Source of the DNA: Candidatus Babelota bacterium | GTDB taxonomy: Bacteria > Babelota > Babeliae > Babelales > JAHIUU01 | Assembly: GCA_018817025.1 (NCBI GenBank) | Contig: JAHIUU010000006.1 | Location: forward strand, 6,831-70,830 | DNA: 64,000 nt | Reading direction: 5' to 3' | Notes under the pieces: model-generated | Told to the model about the DNA's origin: nothing | Databases searched by the model: none | Seen by the model: only the letters and a program-made list of their open reading frames with translations | In this document: one piece after another, positions 50,439-55,824 of the stretch | How the letters are laid out: every line of letters starts with the position of its first letter | Numbering within the stretch: the stretch's first letter is position 1 | Translations under genes and position numbers: made by a program

Positions 50439-50470
50439 CCTAGGGCTTCCCGTCATGGGTTTTAAGGGCG
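50436..50470 (+). repeat. Repeat copy A (TAGCCTAGGGCTTCCC...GGTTTTA...)
   Basis: TAGCCTAGGGCTTCCCGTCATGGGTTTTAAGGGCG. The first 16 nt are identical to copy B, and about 28 of the first 34 positions match without gaps. It begins on the TAG stop of the preceding gene. Confidence 0.7.
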
Positions 50471-50502
50471 GGTCACGCCCATCCCAATCCCGTTCGCCTA
50501 GC

Positions 50503-50534
50503 TTGTCCGCCTGCCCCGAGTGTCCTCCGTAGCT
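50503..50534 (+). repeat. GC-rich motif copy 1 (TTGTCC...TGCCCCGAGTGTCC...CGTAGCT)
   Basis: The 14-nt core TGCCCCGAGTGTCC at 50512-50525 recurs at 50629-50642. The flanks TTGTCC and CGTAGCT are also shared. GC content is visibly higher than in the surrounding sequence. Confidence 0.6.
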
Positions 50535-50612
50535 CGAAGAGCGCAATGTCATCAACTTAAGAGATTTGTCCCAATTCTATGACAATGTTATTCTGGTTAT
50601 GATCAATCTCGT

Positions 50613-50652
50613 TTGTCCCGAGCCCGCTTGCCCCGAGTGTCCCCACGTAGCT
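50613..50652 (+). repeat. GC-rich motif copy 2
   Basis: TTGTCCCGAGCCCGCTTGCCCCGAGTGTCCCCACGTAGCT has the same core and flanks as copy 1 with an 8-nt insertion. One frame reads VCPEPACPECPH, compared with SLSACPECPP in copy 1. Confidence 0.6.
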
Positions 50653-50719
50653 TTAGCGTAGTGGGATGTATCGAGGGGTCTAGAAATTCTAAACAGTAAA
50701 CCAGGCCACCAGTTTCGCC

Positions 50720-50747
50720 TTGACATAAAACTTTCCCGTTTCATACT
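50720..50747 (+). promoter_or_regulatory. Candidate sigma70-type promoter of the toxin-like gene
   Basis: Perfect -35 TTGACA (50720-50725), a 16-nt spacer, then CATACT. It lies about 40 nt upstream of GGGAGG and the ATG at 50786. Confidence 0.4.
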
Positions 50748-50785
50748 AAGCCAAGTTTGTATGCTATTTTATGGGAGGTTTTGCC

Positions 50786-51415
50786 ATGAGAGAGCCTATC
50801 TTATATCAAAAGAACATTGTCACGGCCCGCTTGAAGCGGGCTCTTTTTTTTGTCCAAATAATTTTTCTATCTGGCACATGCTTCGCAAATTTTGATCGTT
50901 ACATGACCGCAATTACCCAAGCAAATTGGACCGGTTCTGTTCTTTGCACAAATAATTTGAGATCGTTTATGCGCGAAGGACACGAAACCCTGGGGAGCCC
51001 TGGTTGGGCACAAAGTCAATCCTGCCACACAAACTCCCATAAACAACATGAATTCAAAACCCCACAAAGCTTGCTGGTCAAAAACCATATCAACCCAAGT
51101 ATCTTTTTAGAGTTACAAAACGTTGCCTATCGCAATATGCCAACCGTCCTGAAAAACAAGTTGCCAAGCAAGCTCGTCGAAATGAAACAGTTGTTGCAGA
51201 AGTTTTTCGATAAATTCGATTCCTGCGAAGAATTCAGAAAACACGCTTCTCAGTTTTTACGGGGTTGGAATCTACAAATCGAAAAAAGTCGGCAAGAAAA
51301 AAGTGTTTGGTCATCGCAAAAAAATTCCCGCACTCAAGCACTATGCAGGCCATGCATTCAGAGCCGCCTGCGAAGCAATAAAAAATATAAAAATCTCTTT
51401 GACAACTCTCTGTAA
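50786..51415 (+). CDS. N-terminal fragment of a secreted toxin-like protein (frame 2)
   Basis: GGGAGG lies 7 nt before the ATG at 50786. The product starts MREPILYQKNIVTARLKRALFFVQIIFLSGTCFA (Sec-type signal). The reading is sensible up to ...FLRGWNLQIEKSRQEK, then turns to low-quality sequence where frame 3 becomes sensible. Confidence 0.45.
   Translation: MREPILYQKNIVTARLKRALFFVQIIFLSGTCFANFDRYMTAITQANWTGSVLCTNNLRSFMREGHETLGSPGWAQSQSCHTNSHKQHEFKTPQSLLVKNHINPSIFLELQNVAYRNMPTVLKNKLPSKLVEMKQLLQKFFDKFDSCEEFRKHASQFLRGWNLQIEKSRQEKSVWSSQKNSRTQALCRPCIQSRLRSNKKYKNLFDNSL
50825..50851 (+). terminator. Intrinsic-terminator-like hairpin inside the signal-peptide codons
   Basis: GCCCGC-TTGAA-GCGGGC followed by TC and T8. 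It lies 39 nt downstream of the ATG at 50786, inside the codons for ARLKRALFFV. Confidence 0.4.
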
Positions 51416-52172
51416 CAATCTTCTACAGACTGAGATTGGCGAACCAGCCCGGTATTTTCTCGGTCGATTTATGATGGGGCTCAGTGAATCTGGCATTGAT
51501 ATTCAAACTGTTCTAAAAAAAGAACTCATAGAAAACCGAAGCAACTTTGCCCCAGGATTTCTACAAAAAGTAAAATTTCAATCAGTCAAAGAACGCCTTG
51601 GAGACGTCATACAGCTTCTATCAAGGACAACCGTTCATGCGTCTGTCATCATAGTTTCAGTAGCAGCAACTGCAATAATAATAGAAGCCGGCGTCACAGC
51701 CGCCACGGGAACACTAGGCGCCATCGCCGCCAAAAATTTATTCGAACCACTCGCTCTCAGCATAAATCCAGATGGTACCGCAGCTATAGCGCAAGCGGCT
51801 TCATCAGGTGGTTCCGTATGGCAGGCAATCGCGACCTCAATTGGACAGGCAGCTCAAGCCGTTTATGGAGTTCTAGAACAAACAGGTAATTTCTTTGCAG
51901 CTATCGGTGATGGCAGACAAAAACCACCTTCCACGCCAATAGGAAGAAGGGGGCAACCACTGAATTGCTCTGGTTCCAATTCTGCAAAAATAATTAATGG
52001 TAGAGTCTTTACAGGTCACGCTCTTGATAGAATGCAGGGACGGGGCATAACGCCATCGATAGTTGAAAGCGTCATAAAAAATGGCGTGGCTCTTGCTGGC
52101 AAAACCCCTAGTACAACTGCTTATACATTTAAAAATGTTAAGGTTATTATTAATAATCAGGTGATGTTGTAA
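51303..52172 (+). CDS. C-terminal fragment of the toxin-like protein (frame 3) ending in an HAxDRMxxRGI module
   Basis: This frame is open from 51186. It overlaps the previous ORF across the A-rich tract 51281-51325. It has an Ala/Gly-rich hydrophobic segment (ASVIIVSVAATAIIIEAGVTAATGTLGAIAA). The C-terminus reads ...INGRVFTGHALDRMQGRGITPSIVESVIKNG...VKVIINNQ. Confidence 0.5.
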   Translation: MFGHRKKIPALKHYAGHAFRAACEAIKNIKISLTTLCNNLLQTEIGEPARYFLGRFMMGLSESGIDIQTVLKKELIENRSNFAPGFLQKVKFQSVKERLGDVIQLLSRTTVHASVIIVSVAATAIIIEAGVTAATGTLGAIAAKNLFEPLALSINPDGTAAIAQAASSGGSVWQAIATSIGQAAQAVYGVLEQTGNFFAAIGDGRQKPPSTPIGRRGQPLNCSGSNSAKIINGRVFTGHALDRMQGRGITPSIVESVIKNGVALAGKTPSTTAYTFKNVKVIINNQVML

Positions 52173-52199
52173 CCGTTATACCACAATAGGATTTGTATT

Positions 52200-52484
52200 A
52201 TGAAAGAAAAAAACAAAGAGCACTTGAAAATGATGGTAAAGCAAATGGAAAAATATCAAACAGGTTCGGTAACATTAAAAACAATGCACGAAAATTTATT
52301 GGGGCTATACGAGTCAACTGACCTCCCGAACGAGGCAAAAGAATTCAGTAATCTTTTTCATCAATACTGGGACCAAATTGAAGAAATAATTGCAATCAAA
52401 AAAACAAAACAGTATTTAGAAGAAATTAATAACGTTATAATTCCTGGTTTTAAACAAAAAATTTTAGATTTGATAAAAGCCTAG
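52200..52484 (+). CDS. Small cytoplasmic helical protein, candidate immunity protein
   Basis: 94 aa with no signal peptide. It starts 27 nt after the toxin-like ORF on the same strand. Its TAG stop is the first triplet of repeat copy B. Confidence 0.4.
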   Translation: MKEKNKEHLKMMVKQMEKYQTGSVTLKTMHENLLGLYESTDLPNEAKEFSNLFHQYWDQIEEIIAIKKTKQYLEEINNVIIPGFKQKILDLIKA

Positions 52485-52812
52485 CCTAGGGCTTCCCTGC
52501 AGAGGTTTTAGCGGCAAAATCAATAGCGTGCCAGACAAAGCCTATGACGTTTTGAACATTATAAATGAAACAGGAGCAGCCCCCGACGGATTTAAAGGAG
52601 GAAGACAGTTCTTGAACAATGGGAGAGGGGATGGACAGGCGTTTGTCAAAATTGGACTTTCATGGTCCTCTCCAAGCATAAAAAATATAATTTCGACAAA
52701 CACCTCTTTTGGAAGATCAAACAATATCGGCTTACATAGAGACGGACACTTTTTTTGTTCTTGCATTGAATTCATGGAAAGCAAAAAAAGAACACCTCTC
52801 AATAACTATTAA
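52477..52812 (+). pseudogene. Start-less fragment with barnase/RNase-Sa-like N-terminal motif (orphan toxin module?)
   Basis: The frame is open from 52477 with no ATG (the track start is the GTG at 52528). It reads KPSLGLPCRGFSGKINSVPDKAYDVLNIINETGAAPDGFKGGRQFLNNGRGDGQ.... The x-TL-x-I-x-x-G-x-x-P-x-G-(F/Y)-x-GG-x-x-F-x-N pattern recalls microbial RNases of the barnase/Sa/T1 family. The distal half is poorly conserved, with no obvious catalytic Glu. Confidence 0.35.
52482..52516 (+). repeat. Repeat copy B (TAGCCTAGGGCTTCCC...GGTTTTA...)
   Basis: TAGCCTAGGGCTTCCCTGCAGAGGTTTTAGCGGCA. See copy A. The spacing from TAGCC to GGTTTTA is the same 22 nt. Confidence 0.7.
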
Positions 52813-52913
52813 AAAAATAATAAAAATCGTACAAATAACTTTTTTGATTTTTTGTCCCAAACCCGTTACGTTTAAAAAAGTCATTTTTTCACCTTCTCGT
52901 AAGGGGCGTCGTT

Positions 52914-54299
52914 ATGAACCAATGTACCTTTGTCATCCTGGGCGCAACCGGCGACCTGACAAAGCGCAAACTAATTCCAGCAATGTATCACCTCATAAAA
53001 AAGAACAAAATTAAAAACTTTGCGCTTGTCGGTGCCGCAATCACCGATACAACAATACAAGATGTCTTACAAAAATCTCAAAAGTTTATTCAAAAACCTG
53101 ACCGTAAAGTATGGAAACAGCTTGAACAATCATCATACTACTGCCAACTCGACTTTCATAACCAAAACGATTTTCAAAAACTACAAAAATTACTAATACG
53201 TGTTGAAAAAAAACATAAATTACCAGGGAATCGAATCTTCTATCTCGCAACGCTTCCAGAACACTTCGAAACAATTACCGCAAATCTCTCTAAAAACAAA
53301 ATCGTTCAAAAAGGCAAACAAACGCTCTGGTCTCGAGTCGTATACGAAAAACCATTCGGACACGACTTAAAATCTGCACGAAAAATTAATCGCTGTATCG
53401 CAAAACTATTCGATGAATCTCAGGTGTATCGAATCGACCACTTCCTATTGGAAGAACTCGTCACCAACATCGCCCTCGTTCGATTCTCTAATCTCTTTTT
53501 CGAGCCTCTCTGGAACAATAAATATATAGAATCTGTGCAGATAGTTTTGCATGAAAAAATTGGCATCGAAGGTCGGGGAGCTTTTTACGATCACTACGGC
53601 GCGCTCAAAGACGTTGTCCAAAACCACATGCTTCAGATGCTCGCTCTCATCGCCATGGAACCTCCTAAAAAACTTAGCGGCGAATATATCAGAGACGCAA
53701 AAGTCCGAGTATTAAAAAGAGTACAACACAACGACATTTTACTAGGACAATACAAAGAGTATCAAGACGAACGAGGCGTCAATCCAAAGTCTCGTACCGA
53801 AACTTTTACCGCACTTCGTCTAGAAATTGCAAACAGGCGATGGAAGGGCGTACCATTTTTTTTAAAAACCGGAAAATGCTTATCAAAAAAAGAAACCAGT
53901 ATTCACATAAAATTTAAAAACCCAACATGCCTACAACAAGACTGCCCCGCAGAAAGCAACTATCTCACGATTCAGATTCAACCGCGAGAAGGATTTTACC
54001 TGCAGGTCAACACAAAAATTCCTGGAGAAACGCATAATGTAACACCGGTCAAGATGGACTTTTGTCACGCCTGCCACTTTGGGCCGAACACCCCTCAAGC
54101 ATATGAAACTCTCCTCTCAGAGGTTCTTGAAGGTGACCACTCTGTTTTCGTTCGATTCGATGAGATCGAATATTCATGGAAACTAATCGATAAAATCTTG
54201 GCAAAAAAACACCCTATCTATACATACAAAAAAAATACTGATGGGCCAAAACAGTTAGCTATATTTAATAAAAAAAATAATATCAGGTGGCGAACATGA
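52914..54299 (+). CDS. zwf: Glucose-6-phosphate 1-dehydrogenase
   Basis: The N-terminal NADP motif is FVILGATGDLTKRKLIPA. The active-site region is YRIDHFL. Confidence 0.9.
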   Translation: MNQCTFVILGATGDLTKRKLIPAMYHLIKKNKIKNFALVGAAITDTTIQDVLQKSQKFIQKPDRKVWKQLEQSSYYCQLDFHNQNDFQKLQKLLIRVEKKHKLPGNRIFYLATLPEHFETITANLSKNKIVQKGKQTLWSRVVYEKPFGHDLKSARKINRCIAKLFDESQVYRIDHFLLEELVTNIALVRFSNLFFEPLWNNKYIESVQIVLHEKIGIEGRGAFYDHYGALKDVVQNHMLQMLALIAMEPPKKLSGEYIRDAKVRVLKRVQHNDILLGQYKEYQDERGVNPKSRTETFTALRLEIANRRWKGVPFFLKTGKCLSKKETSIHIKFKNPTCLQQDCPAESNYLTIQIQPREGFYLQVNTKIPGETHNVTPVKMDFCHACHFGPNTPQAYETLLSEVLEGDHSVFVRFDEIEYSWKLIDKILAKKHPIYTYKKNTDGPKQLAIFNKKNNIRWRT

Positions 54300-55207
54300 G
54301 TATTCACAAAAAAAAATATATAGGGTTAGTTGGTCTTGGACGTATGGGACTCGCGATCGCCCATCGATTAATACAAGCAAACTTCACGGTACTAGGGTTT
54401 GACCAAGACAAACAAGCCCGAGAAAAGCTTGAACTGTTGGGCGGTGCCCCCGTCGACGCCATAACAGAGATCCCAAACAAGTGTGACATAATGTGGCTCA
54501 TGGTGCCTGCAGGAAAAGTAATCGATAGCGTTATTGCTCAAATAAAATCCAATGTAAAAGAATCTAGCATTATTATCGATGGGGGTAACAGTCACTTCCA
54601 AGATACCATCAGACGGTCACAAGAACTTGCTAAAGACAACATCTTCTTACTTGATTGCGGAACATCTGGGGGGCTGCGTGGTAGCGATATAGGGTTCTCC
54701 CTTATGATCGGCGGCGACCATAACTCATATAAAAAAGCAGAACCAATTTTCAAAGCTATCGCAGCACCGAACGGCTACGCCTACCTAGGGCCATCTGGCG
54801 CCGGCCATTACGTTAAAACAGTTCACAACGGCGTCGAATATGTAATTCTGCAATCGTACGCTGATGGATTTAATTTGCTCAAACATGGACAATATAAAGA
54901 TCTTGATTTACATAAGATCTCTAAAGTCTGGAATAATGGATCAGTTATTAGATCATGGATCTGCGAGCTACTCGAAGAAATTTTCGCACAAGACCAAAGT
55001 TTTACCGATATTTCTGGCTTTATAGACGAAAACCTTACCGGACAATGGACTATCGAAGAAGCGAACAAACAAAACATATCCATGAAACTCTTGGAAATTT
55101 CGCTCGAAATCAGGGCGCAATCGAGACAAACCGGGGGCGATTATGCAACAAAAATCGTCGCATTACTTCGAAATAAATTTGGCGGTCACGAGGTGAAAAA
55201 AACATGA
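54296..55207 (+). CDS. gnd: 6-phosphogluconate dehydrogenase, short (~300 aa) decarboxylating form
   Basis: Rossmann motif IGLVGLGRMG is present, followed by ...DGGNSHFQDT...DCGTSGG...HYVKTVHNGVEY. The ATG at 54296 overlaps the zwf stop (ATGA). The track start at 54287 is GTG. Confidence 0.8.
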   Translation: MSIHKKKYIGLVGLGRMGLAIAHRLIQANFTVLGFDQDKQAREKLELLGGAPVDAITEIPNKCDIMWLMVPAGKVIDSVIAQIKSNVKESSIIIDGGNSHFQDTIRRSQELAKDNIFLLDCGTSGGLRGSDIGFSLMIGGDHNSYKKAEPIFKAIAAPNGYAYLGPSGAGHYVKTVHNGVEYVILQSYADGFNLLKHGQYKDLDLHKISKVWNNGSVIRSWICELLEEIFAQDQSFTDISGFIDENLTGQWTIEEANKQNISMKLLEISLEIRAQSRQTGGDYATKIVALLRNKFGGHEVKKT

Positions 55208-55824
55208 AAATTATCGATATCAGTTGGCCAATATCTAACGAAATGACAACCTACAAAGACGGAGACGATATCTCTATCGAAAAAATCCAGTCGTTCAAAA
55301 CAAACAGCGTTCGCGAGCACAGGCTATCTATTAGCTCTCATATCGGCACCCATATCGACGCCCCAGCGCACTTTCTACAAGACGGAGCAACGCTCGACCA
55401 AATAGCTCTTGAAACGTTGGTCGGCCCCTGTCGTGTTCTCGATTTCACAAATATAAAAGAACAAATAACAGAAGAAGCCTTGATACCTCACACCATCAAA
55501 ACAAACGACCGAATCTTGCTCAAAACAAAAAATAGTCTTTTATCTTCAACAGATTCTTTCAACTATAGCTTTGTCTATCTCGATGAAACCGGCGCACATT
55601 ATCTTGCCAAACAAAAAGTACGATGTGTTGGAATCGATTATCTTGGTATCGAGCGCTGCCAACCTAATCATAAAAGTCATATCGCACTTCTCTCAAAAAA
55701 AATACCTATTATTGAAGGACTAAGACTCGAGCAGGTAGAACCGGGAAATTACCAACTCTATTGTCTCCCGCTTCTTATACCAGGCCTAGAGGGCTGTCCA
55801 GCACGAGCGGTGCTTATATCTTAA
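55204..55824 (+). CDS. Putative-cyclase / arylformamidase (KynB-like) family metal hydrolase
   Basis: HIGTHIDAPAHF (the HxGTHxDxPxH metal motif) and a C-terminal ...GLEGCPARAVLI are present. The ATG overlaps the gnd stop (ATGA). The 3' end overlaps the aspS 3' end by 11 nt. Confidence 0.75.
   Translation: MKIIDISWPISNEMTTYKDGDDISIEKIQSFKTNSVREHRLSISSHIGTHIDAPAHFLQDGATLDQIALETLVGPCRVLDFTNIKEQITEEALIPHTIKTNDRILLKTKNSLLSSTDSFNYSFVYLDETGAHYLAKQKVRCVGIDYLGIERCQPNHKSHIALLSKKIPIIEGLRLEQVEPGNYQLYCLPLLIPGLEGCPARAVLIS

Noticed and set aside
52709-53014. 101-aa ORF bridging the RNase-like fragment and the zwf start
   Set aside because: It overlaps the well-supported zwf start (GATGDLTKRK motif in another frame), has no RBS and reads as low-complexity sequence. 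Part of it is just the alternative frame of the decayed fragment.
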